The notes below the pieces were generated by a model. That model worked only from the letters and a program-made list of their open reading frames with translations, made no database searches and was not told the origin of the DNA. From a bacterium (lineage in GTDB: Bacteria > Patescibacteriota > Minisyncoccia > Moranbacterales > GWC2-37-73): a stretch of 64,000 nucleotides of DNA. A program made the position numbers and the translations under genes. Shown piece after piece: positions 38,669-47,107 of the stretch. The stretch's first letter is position 1; each line of letters opens with the position of its first letter. Where the stretch lies: contig QKEW01000008.1 of the NCBI GenBank assembly GCA_003251635.1, positions 110,860-174,859 of the forward strand. Direction: 5' to 3'.

Positions 38669-38773
38669 AACCTCCCCTCGGTCCCCTCCTTGAAAAGGAG
38701 GGGAAGTGACGTGAGTTGAAACTAAAACGCGATTACCCCCTCCTTTTCAATGAGAGAGTCTGGGTGAGGTAAA
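38669..38773 (+). repeat. R1 full-length repeat copy (5' box, hairpin CCCCTCC-TTGAAAA-GGAGGGG, middle, hairpin CCCCCTCC-TTTTCAA-TGAGAGAG, GGGTGAGGTAAA) immediately upstream of the TrmB gene start
   Basis: About 95% identical to 42033-42137; supplies the SD-like GGTGAGG 8 nt before the ATG at 38779. Confidence 0.75.
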
Positions 38774-38778
38774 AAAAT

Positions 38779-39534
38779 ATGGACCAAGATTTAATCAAAC
38801 TTTTGGAAAATTCCGGTTTTACTCAAAAAGAAGCGCAAGTTTATTTGGCGCTTTTAGAGCTTTCCGAAGGAACCGTCAGTCAAATCGCCAAAACAACCAA
38901 GCTTAAACGGCCGATCATCTACGTGGTTTTGGAAGGTTTGATAAAAAGAGGTTTTGCCAATGAGCTGCCGGAAAGAAAAGTCAATGTCTATCAACCAATC
39001 AATCCAACTGTGATTTTGGGACAACTCAAAATGTCGGCCAAAAACTTTGCCCAAATGCTGCCAATCCTGCAAACCTTGGGAAATGACAGAAAAAAGAAAC
39101 CCAAGATTAGGTTTTATGACAACAAGGAAGATATTTTGAAAATTTGGGACGGCGAGATGAACATTGCCCAGGAAGCTTTTTTCATTTCTTCCTATCAAAA
39201 AATCGAAGAACACTTTCCGGGAAAAATTGCCGAGTGGATTGACAAGGCTCAAAAAGGTTTGACGGGCAAAGGCTTTCGTCATTTGATAGCTGACGATCCT
39301 TTGGAACTCGAGTTGGCACCCAAATTTTTGAAGGTTGATCAAAATGTCAGGATCTTATCCGAGCTGCGCGGTTTGAAAATGGATTTTACGATCTATGACA
39401 ACAAATTGGCCATAACTTCTTTGGAAGAAAACCCCTTTATTGTAGTGATTGAGTCGCCGGAACTGGTCGCTTCCATGCAGATGATTTTTGAATTGGCTTG
39501 GGAGAAGGGGAAGCGCGTAGCGCGTAGTGCTTAA
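38779..39534 (+). CDS. TrmB-family transcriptional regulator
   Basis: N-terminal TrmB wHTH (SGFTQKEAQVYLALLELSEGTVSQIAKTTKLKRPIIYVVLEGL). Confidence 0.8.
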   Translation: MDQDLIKLLENSGFTQKEAQVYLALLELSEGTVSQIAKTTKLKRPIIYVVLEGLIKRGFANELPERKVNVYQPINPTVILGQLKMSAKNFAQMLPILQTLGNDRKKKPKIRFYDNKEDILKIWDGEMNIAQEAFFISSYQKIEEHFPGKIAEWIDKAQKGLTGKGFRHLIADDPLELELAPKFLKVDQNVRILSELRGLKMDFTIYDNKLAITSLEENPFIVVIESPELVASMQMIFELAWEKGKRVARSA

Positions 39535-39618
39535 CGTATAACGTATAACGTAGAACGTAAAACGTGGAACCTGTAACCTGAAGCGTGGAGCGCGAAACGT
39601 GAAATATTGAACGTGAAG
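39511..39618 (+). repeat. Degenerate heptanucleotide tandem repeat ([A/G/T]A[A/G]CGT[A/G] x about 15) spanning the stop codon and 3' flank of the TrmB gene
   Basis: 7-nt periodicity read directly: aagcgcg tagcgcg tagtgct taacgta taacgta taacgta gaacgta aaacgtg gaacctg taacctg aagcgtg gagcgcg aaacgtg ... Confidence 0.6.
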
Positions 39619-39629
39619 TTAAAAAGAAA

Positions 39630-39670
39630 ATCCCCCAACAGGCGAGGCTGTCGGGGGGATAGTATTTTTT
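39630..39670 (+). terminator. R2 repeat copy = intrinsic terminator (ATCCCCCAACA-GGCGAGGC-TGTCGGGGGGAT + T-run)
   Basis: 11-bp stem with one mismatch, 8-nt loop, followed by TAGTATTTTTT. Confidence 0.65.
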
Positions 39671-39998
39671 AGTTTTGACTTAGGAAGGCAAAAACCGTCT
39701 TCCCGCTGACTTCATTTTCAAGCCAGCCATTAACTGAGCAGTAATCAGTTGCATCAGTGTCAGCTATTGCACGCCTTAGCTTGTACTGGCCGTCAGCGCC
39801 GAGGCACGGATTGTCAGCCAGAACGCAGCTTTCAAATTGACTTTTTGAAAGTTGCTCGCGCATTTTTTCAAAGGAGACTATCCTTGCCGGCCAATAATTC
39901 CTTGCATAACCGGCAGCTAACACGGCTGCAATGCAAAACCACTCATCTTCTTTTCCGCCACACAACTCAGCGGCTGTCTCGAATATAATTTCTCTCAT
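39669..39998 (-). CDS. Hypothetical protein, locally GC-rich (109 aa, 7 Cys)
   Basis: ORF in a conspicuously GC-richer patch than the surrounding genome; no recognisable family. Confidence 0.4.
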   Translation of the reverse strand: MREIIFETAAELCGGKEDEWFCIAAVLAAGYARNYWPARIVSFEKMREQLSKSQFESCVLADNPCLGADGQYKLRRAIADTDATDYCSVNGWLENEVSGKTVFAFLSQN

Positions 39999-40073
39999 TT
40001 TAAACCCCTTTCTTTTTTATTGGCTAAGTTGTTGAAAACTTTTTTTCTGTTTTTTGAGTTATACTATTAGGAA

Positions 40074-40631
40074 TTACATTACAAGCTTTTTGCTAAGGAG
40101 TCTTTTGAGGATATCCCCCCAGTTTTTACCTTGAAAAGGAATGACACCATTCTGGCAATATCTGCATGTATTACCCTGGGCATCTACACCTGTTCCTTCG
40201 CAGTCGTAGCAATGGATTGGTTTTCTTTTAATATCTATTTTCTGCACTTTAGATGTAAAAAGAATTTTTGTATCATCAATATTAAATACATACTCATAAA
40301 AATCAGGAGGGTTGCATTGTAAGCAATATTCTGGAAAATTCCATGGATCTTCACGTATAACAGCTATGAACTTAACTTTCATTTTTATGCCAATAAGGGC
40401 GAGACGCCACCCCAATAAATCCCTGGCAGGATCAGGAAGCCCACCTTCATATGAAATTTCCCACCCAAAGCCGGGTTTGATATGCAGGTTTGTTAGCAGA
40501 ACTTCAAATCCTTTTTTGTATAAAGGATTCACTGCTTCAAAATATGAGGAGACTATCGAGACATTATGGCCTTTGAGTGTATCAAGGGCTGATTGTGTTT
40601 TTTCGGGATGTTCAACGATAAGAATTTTCAC
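40074..40631 (-). CDS. Hypothetical protein with C-terminal DnaJ-type CxxCxGxG zinc-finger-like motif
   Basis: CYDCEGTGVDAQGNTCRYCQNG near C-terminus; N-terminal MKILIVEHPEKT resembles a small alpha/beta domain. Confidence 0.4.
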   Translation of the reverse strand: MKILIVEHPEKTQSALDTLKGHNVSIVSSYFEAVNPLYKKGFEVLLTNLHIKPGFGWEISYEGGLPDPARDLLGWRLALIGIKMKVKFIAVIREDPWNFPEYCLQCNPPDFYEYVFNIDDTKILFTSKVQKIDIKRKPIHCYDCEGTGVDAQGNTCRYCQNGVIPFQGKNWGDILKRLLSKKLVM

Positions 40632-40770
40632 AGCGTCCTCCTTTAATATTTTTAAGTTACTGTGTTACCTGGGCAAATTCTCAGCGTAACAGGCGATTAT
40701 ACCTTATTTTTACCAATACGTCAATAATTATGTCAATATATTAAATATAATCAAAATAATACAGAAAATA

Positions 40771-41586
40771 TTGACTAAAACAAGCCAAATATGTTATAAT
40801 AAGAATGTTGTCAGAATTGATAACAAAATTATGAATTTACTCCAAAAAGACCTAAAATCAATTGGATTGAGCGAAAACGAAGCAGTGGCCTATTTGGCCT
40901 TGCTTGAGTTAGGTGAGGCTTCTGTCGGAGAAATCGCTAAAAAAGCCGAGCTTAAAAGGCCAACGACTTATTTGATCATGGAATCTCTGAAGGAAAAGGC
41001 CTTGATAAGTATGGTAAAGCGAAAGAAAAAAACTTTATTTTTGGCTGAAGATCCCAGAAAAATCAATGAAATTTTGGAGGAGCGCAAACGAAAAATAGAT
41101 AAAATAATGCCACAACTTCTTTCAATTACTAATTCTCTGGAGGTTAAACCTAAGATTCAATATTTTGAAGGAGAAGAAGGGATTAAGAATGTTTATCGCG
41201 ATACTTTGAGATATCCAAATCAAGAAATGCTGGCCTTTTTTTCCGACTCGTATGCCAGGGGTTTTGAAGAGGATTTTTTTGAGAATTATTATTTTCAAAA
41301 AAGAGTTGAGAAAAAAATTTGGGTCCGAGCCATTTTGCCAAATCAAAAAATGACTAGAAGTTTAATGGTTCGCGACAGGGAGCATTTAAGGAAAACAAAA
41401 TTGGTCAGCAGTGAACTTTATCGGATTGAAGTGGAGGTTAATATATATGGAAAAAATCGAATTGGAATCATTTCTTTTGAAGAAAAATTTGCTTTGATCG
41501 TGGAAAGTCAAAAAATATCTCAGAGCTTGAAAAGTATTTTTGAATTGCTTTGGAGTTTGTTGCCGGAACATAAGCATAACGCATAA
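40771..41586 (+). CDS. TrmB-family transcriptional regulator (paralog of 38779..39534)
   Basis: N-terminal TrmB wHTH (LSENEAVAYLALLELGEASVGEIAKKAELKRPTTYLIMESL). Gene 3' end runs into a heptamer-repeat tract (41574-41615). Confidence 0.8.
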   Translation: MTKTSQICYNKNVVRIDNKIMNLLQKDLKSIGLSENEAVAYLALLELGEASVGEIAKKAELKRPTTYLIMESLKEKALISMVKRKKKTLFLAEDPRKINEILEERKRKIDKIMPQLLSITNSLEVKPKIQYFEGEEGIKNVYRDTLRYPNQEMLAFFSDSYARGFEEDFFENYYFQKRVEKKIWVRAILPNQKMTRSLMVRDREHLRKTKLVSSELYRIEVEVNIYGKNRIGIISFEEKFALIVESQKISQSLKSIFELLWSLLPEHKHNA

Positions 41587-41621
41587 CGTGAAGCGTGGAG
41601 CGTGAAATGTGAAAAATATCT

Positions 41622-41663
41622 TCCCCCCCCCTCCTTTTCAAGGAGGGGGTCTGGGTGAGGTAA
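41622..41663 (+). repeat. Partial R1 repeat (hairpin-2 CCCCCCCTCC-TTTTCAA-GGAGGGGG + GGGTGAGGTAAA) supplying the SD for the DUF559 gene
   Basis: Matches 3' portion of R1; ATG of the next gene 8 nt downstream. Confidence 0.7.
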
Positions 41664-41667
41664 AAAA

Positions 41668-42021
41668 ATGCAAAAAATTCACAACAGAAAAGAAAAACTA
41701 GAAAGCAGAAAATTATTGCGTAAAAATGCGACACCGCAAGAGATAATTCTTTGGTCTCGATTAAAAAGTAAGCAACTTGGCTGCAAGTTCAGAAGACAAC
41801 ATTCAATCGGTAGATATATTGTCGATTTTTATTGCCCAGAACATAAATTGATTATTGAAATTGATGGATCCCAACACAAATCTGAAGAAGCTTGTAAATA
41901 CGACAAAGAAAGAACCGAATATTTAGAAAAATTAGGCTTACAGGTCATAAGGTTTTGGAACAATGAGATTAATAATAATTTAGAAGGAACTATCCTGAAG
42001 ATTTTGGGATATTTAAAATGA
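41668..42021 (+). CDS. DUF559 endonuclease-domain protein (Vsr/PD-(D/E)xK-like)
   Basis: Typical DUF559 sequence (ATPQEIILWSRLKSKQLGCKFRRQHSIGRYIVDFYCPEHKLIIEIDGSQH). Confidence 0.75.
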   Translation: MQKIHNRKEKLESRKLLRKNATPQEIILWSRLKSKQLGCKFRRQHSIGRYIVDFYCPEHKLIIEIDGSQHKSEEACKYDKERTEYLEKLGLQVIRFWNNEINNNLEGTILKILGYLK

Positions 42022-42032
42022 TCTTAATCCAT

Positions 42033-42195
42033 AACCTCCCCTCGGTCCCCTCCTTGAAAAGGAGGGGAAGCGATGTGAGTTGAAGCTAAAACGCGATTGC
42101 CCCCCCTCCTTTTCAAGGAGATGGTCTGGGTGAGGTAAATTCTTGGCAAAAAGAAAATCCCCCAACAGGCGAGGCTGTTGGGGGGGATTTTATTG
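42033..42195 (+). repeat. Island-boundary repeat copy 5: full R1 followed by R2 terminator hairpin
   Basis: Direct repeat of 38669-38773 (R1) and of 36334-36389 / 39620-39670 (R2). Same orientation as all other copies. Confidence 0.75.
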
Positions 42196-42217
42196 ATGCG
42201 AGATGGGGCAAACGAAT

Positions 42218-42532
42218 TTAACGAAAAAGTGAAAGATAGGCCTCGCTGATTGAATGTTCTTGCGAATATTTCTCAGTCAGCCTTTTCTTTGCGATAGATC
42301 TGGTTAAATCTATCCAAATAAAAATTCCCAGGCACAGGAGAAACCCAAAGGCTAGCCCTGTTGTGAAACCCCACAGATCTTCTTCAAAAATCCCCAGGCC
42401 TGCAAAAAGCAAACCGAGCATGAAAGGAAGGGTAAAAGTGAGAACCGCGCATCCAACTAAAGGTGGGTCCCCCATTTCTTTCAGGATGATTGATTTTTGA
42501 TAATCTGGGTTGTTGCGACAGTGAGTTCGCAT
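42218..42532 (-). CDS. Small membrane protein, hypothetical
   Basis: ORF with two hydrophobic helices. Confidence 0.35.
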   Translation of the reverse strand: MRTHCRNNPDYQKSIILKEMGDPPLVGCAVLTFTLPFMLGLLFAGLGIFEEDLWGFTTGLAFGFLLCLGIFIWIDLTRSIAKKRLTEKYSQEHSISEAYLSLFR

Positions 42533-42789
42533 CTCGTTTTCTCCTTGCGCTACGACGTTTATGTTAAATTACTCTGCGAAAAAAACATGAATGTTAAAAC
42601 CTAACATGCGAAAAAGTGGTTGTCAATTTTGAATTTTTTCTTGAAAAGCTTGTTTTTGGATGTTACATTGTATTAAAGATATAAACCTTAAGAAAGGTTT
42701 CCAGCTGGAAGTCGAATATTTTAGGGCTCGTGATCTGACGACTTATAACCTAAAAGCTATTAGCTGCCAGTTAGAAACCTGCTAAAAAT

Positions 42790-43506
42790 ATGTCTGGACA
42801 CAACAAATGGTCGGGAATCAAACATCGCAAAGGTGCGCAAGATGCCAAGCGAGCCAATATTTTCACCAAGTTGGCGCGTTTGATCACGATTGCTGCCAAA
42901 GAAGGGGGTGGCAATCCGGAATCCAATGTTAAGTTGAAATTTGTGATGGAACAGGCTCGCAAAGCTAATATGCCCAAGGACAATGTGGAACGAGCTATCA
43001 AAAAAGGCACCGGCGAACTCAACGACGGGTCTCAAATCGAAGAGGTACTCTATGAAGCTTATGGTCCGGGTAATATTGCCATGCTGATTAAATGTGCGAC
43101 TGATAATAAGAATCGAACAGTTGGAGAAATCAAGACGGTTCTAAACAAATTGGGTGGCAAGATGGTGCCGGAGGGCAGCGTCAGTTTTTCGTTTCGTCAA
43201 TTGGGTGAAATTGAAATAGCAGTCAATGAAGACAATTTTGAACAAGTTGAATTGGAGGCGATTGAAGCTGGAGCCGAAGATACGATTTATAGTGGTGATT
43301 TTTTGACAATTTATACTAAGCCTGAAAATCTTTGGCAGGTCAAAGCTGAATTGGAGAAAGGTGCAAGAGAAGTTGAGGGAGCAGGATTGTCCTTTGTGCC
43401 AAGTCAGAAAATTGAAATCGATCAAGACACTAAATTAGACTACGAAAACCTTTTGGAAAAATTAGATGAACTCGATGACGTCCAAGAAATTTATGACAAT
43501 TTATAA
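42790..43506 (+). CDS. yebC: YebC/PmpR-family DNA-binding transcriptional regulator
   Basis: N-terminus MSGHNKWSGIKHRKGAQDAKRANIFTKL is the YebC signature. Confidence 0.9.
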   Translation: MSGHNKWSGIKHRKGAQDAKRANIFTKLARLITIAAKEGGGNPESNVKLKFVMEQARKANMPKDNVERAIKKGTGELNDGSQIEEVLYEAYGPGNIAMLIKCATDNKNRTVGEIKTVLNKLGGKMVPEGSVSFSFRQLGEIEIAVNEDNFEQVELEAIEAGAEDTIYSGDFLTIYTKPENLWQVKAELEKGAREVEGAGLSFVPSQKIEIDQDTKLDYENLLEKLDELDDVQEIYDNL

Positions 43507-44005
43507 GGGGCTACGGGTTTTAGGTATTGATCCAGGCACGGCCACAGTTGGTTGGGCGGTTTTGGAGCAGCTTCAAAATGGTCAGGTTCAAGCGGTTGAT
43601 TATGGGCACATCAGTACCGACAAGGATGATCCAACAGCTCAAAGGCTTTTGGAAGTGGCAGATGATTTGAGGGAAATAATAAAAAAATATGAACCACAAG
43701 AGGCGGCAGTGGAAGATCTTTTCTATTTTAAAAATGCCAAGACGGTTATCAAGGTGGCTCAGGCACGCGGGGCGATTCTTTTGACTTTAGAGCGCTTAAA
43801 TGTTATAATAGGGGAGTACACACCCCTTCAGGTCAAGCAGTCGATTACCGGATATGGACGGGCGGAGAAAAAACAAATTCAGTTGATGGTAAAAAATATT
43901 TTGAAACTTCGGGAAATTCCCCGACCGGACGACACGGCTGACGCCATTGCAGTCGCGCTTTGTCATTTAAATAGCCGCAAAATGCAAAACATGCTACAGG
44001 CTTGA
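43466..44005 (+). CDS. ruvC: Crossover junction endodeoxyribonuclease RuvC (start possibly at internal MTIYKG)
   Basis: LGIDPGTATVGWAVLE N-terminal RNase H-like motif; conserved yebC-ruvC order. Confidence 0.85.
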   Translation: MNSMTSKKFMTIYKGLRVLGIDPGTATVGWAVLEQLQNGQVQAVDYGHISTDKDDPTAQRLLEVADDLREIIKKYEPQEAAVEDLFYFKNAKTVIKVAQARGAILLTLERLNVIIGEYTPLQVKQSITGYGRAEKKQIQLMVKNILKLREIPRPDDTADAIAVALCHLNSRKMQNMLQA

Positions 44006-44066
44006 TTGGAAAACAAAAACCTTTTGATAGAGATAGAAAAGATAAACTTATAATTTTAACGCTTTT

Positions 44067-44720
44067 ATGGAAAATATCAATCCGGTTTTGGCTTATTTGG
44101 TGGCTCGGGGTTTGCCTTTGGATACGGTAATCATGCTTTTCATGTTGCCGATCATTGTGACTTTGATCGCTTTTTTTCGTCAGGTAGTTGGAATTAAGGC
44201 TTTTGGAATTTATACTCCGGCTATTGTGACTTTTGCTTTTTTGACCATACCCAAGTTGCGCTACGGAGTGGTGGTTTTTGTAGCGGTTATTGTTGTGGGA
44301 ATGTTGATGCGCTATGCCTTGAAAAAGTTGAGACTGCTCTATTTGCCGCGGATGGCCATTACTTTGAGCGTGGTGGCATTTTCAATGTTGATACTTTTGG
44401 CCTTGGGCGGTTCTTTTCAGCGAACCGGTTTGGCTTCGGTCAAAATCTTTCCGATTTTGATCATGATCACTTTGGTGGAAAAATTTGTGGGAACGCAAAT
44501 TGAAAAAGGTAATCGAACAGCTTTGATTTTAGCCTTGGAGACTTTGGTAATTTCTATTATCGGATTTTATTTGGCTAGCTGGAATGGTTTAATTGAATTT
44601 ATCATCGCTTATCCCTGGGCGGTTTTATTTACCATTCCGATCAATGTCTTTTTGGGTAAGTGGGATGGTTTGCGTTTGTCGGAATATGTTCGCTTTCGCA
44701 ATGTCTTAAAGAATATGTAG
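44067..44720 (+). CDS. 7TM membrane protein of the type associated with ATP-grasp ligases (7TM_transglut-like, no transglutaminase domain)
   Basis: 217 aa, 6-7 TM helices. Family assignment from remembered family pattern and from immediate adjacency to ATP-grasp ligase genes. Confidence 0.45.
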   Translation: MENINPVLAYLVARGLPLDTVIMLFMLPIIVTLIAFFRQVVGIKAFGIYTPAIVTFAFLTIPKLRYGVVVFVAVIVVGMLMRYALKKLRLLYLPRMAITLSVVAFSMLILLALGGSFQRTGLASVKIFPILIMITLVEKFVGTQIEKGNRTALILALETLVISIIGFYLASWNGLIEFIIAYPWAVLFTIPINVFLGKWDGLRLSEYVRFRNVLKNM

Positions 44721-44761
44721 CTCGGGCCTTTGGGTTTTTCACTATTAGTCGGACTTAAACT

Positions 44762-46168
44762 ATGGAGGGAGTTTTGAAAATGTTAAAAAATGGTAGGAAA
44801 ATTCTGGGAATGAATGCTCGCAATATTGATTACGTTCGGCCTTTGAATTTGAAAAAATCCAAAAAATTGGCGGATGACAAGATTTATAGTAAAAAAGTTT
44901 TGCAAAAAGCCGGTCTGCCAGTGCCTGATCTGATTGCTAAAATTCGAACCATTGAAGAGTTGGAAAAATTTGATTGGAGCTCGCTGCCAAACAGCTTTGC
45001 TCTCAAGCCTAATCGTGGTTTTGGCGGGGAGGGTATCGTTGTGGTTTATGGCAAGAAAAAAAGTCGAGATGAATGGATCAAGGCCAATGGCGATATTTTG
45101 ACGGTGGATGATTTGAAAAATCACATTCGCAACATTATTGATGGAACTTATTCGCTTTCCAACACGCCAGACGTAGCTTTTTTTGAACAGCGCCTGACGT
45201 TGCTCAAACTTTTCAAGCCCTATTCTTTCAAAGGCATTCCGGATATTCGCGTGATTGTTTTCAACAAGGTTCCGGTCATGGCCATGCTCCGGCTGCCCAC
45301 TCAAGAATCTGGCGGTAAGGCCAATTTGCAGCAGGGCGCGATCGGAGTTGGAATTGATTTGGCAACTGGCACCACTACTACAGCCGTTTTAGGCAAGGGC
45401 CGCTATATTGAATATGTTCCCGGAAGTCGCTTGCTGCTTTCGGGTATTAAGATTCCTTATTGGCAAAGTATTTTGAAATTTTCAGTCCAAGCCCAAGAAG
45501 TTTCGGGCTTGGGATTTTTAGGTGCGGACATTGCGATTGATAAAGAGCGCGGGCCGGTTTTTTTGGAACTCAATGCACGGCCGGGGCTTTCCATTCAAAT
45601 TGCTAATCTGGGTGGCCTCAAAGAAAGACTGGAAAGAGTTAGGGGAATCAAAATCAAAACAGTTGAGCGCGGCATTCGAGTTGGTATGGATCTTTTTGGA
45701 GGTGAGATTGAAGAAGAATTGGAAGAAATTTCCGGCAAGAAGGTGATTGGTTCGATTGAGAAAATAAAGTTGATCGGCAAGGAAGGACAAGAAATTGAAG
45801 TCGAGGCTAAGATTGATACGGGGGCCATGTCGACTTCGATTGATGTTGAGTTGGCGAGGGAATTGGGATTTGGTGATTTAACTGAGTTTTTTGACAAGAT
45901 TGAATTGCCAACCGGGTTTGTCAGGGAAGAAGCTCAAAAAATTATGAAAGATTTGAAACAGAAACATCAACACCCGGATTTAATTGATATTGATATAATA
46001 TTTTCATCTAATGGTGTGTCGATTCGTCCAAAGGTTAAAATAGAATTTATAATGGATCAATTGAGAATAGCCGCTAATGTCAATATAACTCAAAGAGCGG
46101 ATTTGAAATTCCAAACCATTATAGGCAAGAGGAATCTGAGCCGGTTTTTGGTGGATGTCAATAAATAA
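44762..46168 (+). CDS. ATP-grasp ligase (alpha-L-glutamate-ligase-related / RimK-like) fused to C-terminal retropepsin-like RimB/DUF785 domain
   Basis: ATP-grasp motifs (ALKPNRGFGGEGIVV; DIRVIVFN...RLP...GGKANLQQGA; FLELNARPGL). C-terminal domain with aspartyl-protease DTGA motif (KIDTGAMSTSID) and IGKRNLSRFLVDVNK tail as in RimK-associated zinc-protease-annotated proteins. Confidence 0.7.
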   Translation: MEGVLKMLKNGRKILGMNARNIDYVRPLNLKKSKKLADDKIYSKKVLQKAGLPVPDLIAKIRTIEELEKFDWSSLPNSFALKPNRGFGGEGIVVVYGKKKSRDEWIKANGDILTVDDLKNHIRNIIDGTYSLSNTPDVAFFEQRLTLLKLFKPYSFKGIPDIRVIVFNKVPVMAMLRLPTQESGGKANLQQGAIGVGIDLATGTTTTAVLGKGRYIEYVPGSRLLLSGIKIPYWQSILKFSVQAQEVSGLGFLGADIAIDKERGPVFLELNARPGLSIQIANLGGLKERLERVRGIKIKTVERGIRVGMDLFGGEIEEELEEISGKKVIGSIEKIKLIGKEGQEIEVEAKIDTGAMSTSIDVELARELGFGDLTEFFDKIELPTGFVREEAQKIMKDLKQKHQHPDLIDIDIIFSSNGVSIRPKVKIEFIMDQLRIAANVNITQRADLKFQTIIGKRNLSRFLVDVNK

Positions 46169-47102
46169 AATAGGCATGAAAAAAAGAGTACTAATACTTT
46201 TCAACAAGAAAGATTCTGAAAAATCTATAGGATCCAAACAATATGAAGATCTTTATTTGTATGCATCTGAAAAAGGTATTGAATTTTGTCGGGCATCTAT
46301 TGATGACTATGATTTGAAGAATAATTTTTTTAGAGAAGTTCAATTTTTTGATGGGGCGAAGTGGTTTATTGAAAAAAATGTCAAGCCCGATTTGGTTTTG
46401 GACAAATCACCATATGAAATCGGCGAAGAAAGAAAAAAAATCAGAGAATATATTTCGGCTAAATACGTTTTTGTTAACGATTTGAAAATTAGCAGAGTAT
46501 TAAGTGACAAATGGGAAACCTATAAAGAATTCGAAAATTTTTCGCCCAAAACAATTTTGATAGAAAATGATCATGATTTTGAAAATATTAATTTATTAAA
46601 AACTGAAGAAATAGTCCTAAAACCTAGGAGTGGGTCTGGCGGCAAAGATGTTAAAATAATCAAAAAAATAGATTTTTCTGGGAATAAATTACAATTTCCA
46701 TTTATAGCGCAAGAAATGGTGAATGCGGAAAAAGGAATAGCGGGTTTGGTTGATGGCCCGCATGATTTGCGAATTATTTTTAAAAACAGTACTCCTTTCT
46801 ATGCTTTTCTGAGAATACCTCCAAAGGGTAAATTAATAGCTAATGTTTCAAAAGGCGGAAAAGTCAAAGTTGTTCCGATAAACAAAATTCCAGAAAATAT
46901 TTTGGATCAAGCACGATTCATATCAGAAAAAATGAGTGAATTTCAAAGCAAATTTTTTTCTATAGATTTTATTGTGGATAATGAACAAAAACCTTGGATG
47001 CTTGAAATGAATTCTCGTCCCGGACTTATTTTGGAAGACGAGGAGTTGGAATATAAAGAATATTTTTACGATAATCTTTTGGATTTTTTGCTAAGCATAT
47101 AA
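46155..47102 (+). CDS. ATP-grasp ligase, paralog A
   Basis: LKPRSGSGGKDV, DLRIIF...ANVSKGGK, WMLEMNSRPGL motifs; ends FFYDNLLDFL like the next gene. Confidence 0.6.
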   Translation: MSINKIGMKKRVLILFNKKDSEKSIGSKQYEDLYLYASEKGIEFCRASIDDYDLKNNFFREVQFFDGAKWFIEKNVKPDLVLDKSPYEIGEERKKIREYISAKYVFVNDLKISRVLSDKWETYKEFENFSPKTILIENDHDFENINLLKTEEIVLKPRSGSGGKDVKIIKKIDFSGNKLQFPFIAQEMVNAEKGIAGLVDGPHDLRIIFKNSTPFYAFLRIPPKGKLIANVSKGGKVKVVPINKIPENILDQARFISEKMSEFQSKFFSIDFIVDNEQKPWMLEMNSRPGLILEDEELEYKEYFYDNLLDFLLSI

Positions 47103-47107
47103 TATTT

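Noticed and set aside
36271-42195. R1 repeats contain a CRISPR-like core (GTTGAAACTAAAACGCGATT); considered a CRISPR array
   Set aside because: Copies are 0.4-2.9 kb apart with protein-coding genes between them, and there are no regularly sized spacers or cas genes. The core resembles neither a CRISPR array nor a tracrRNA arrangement.
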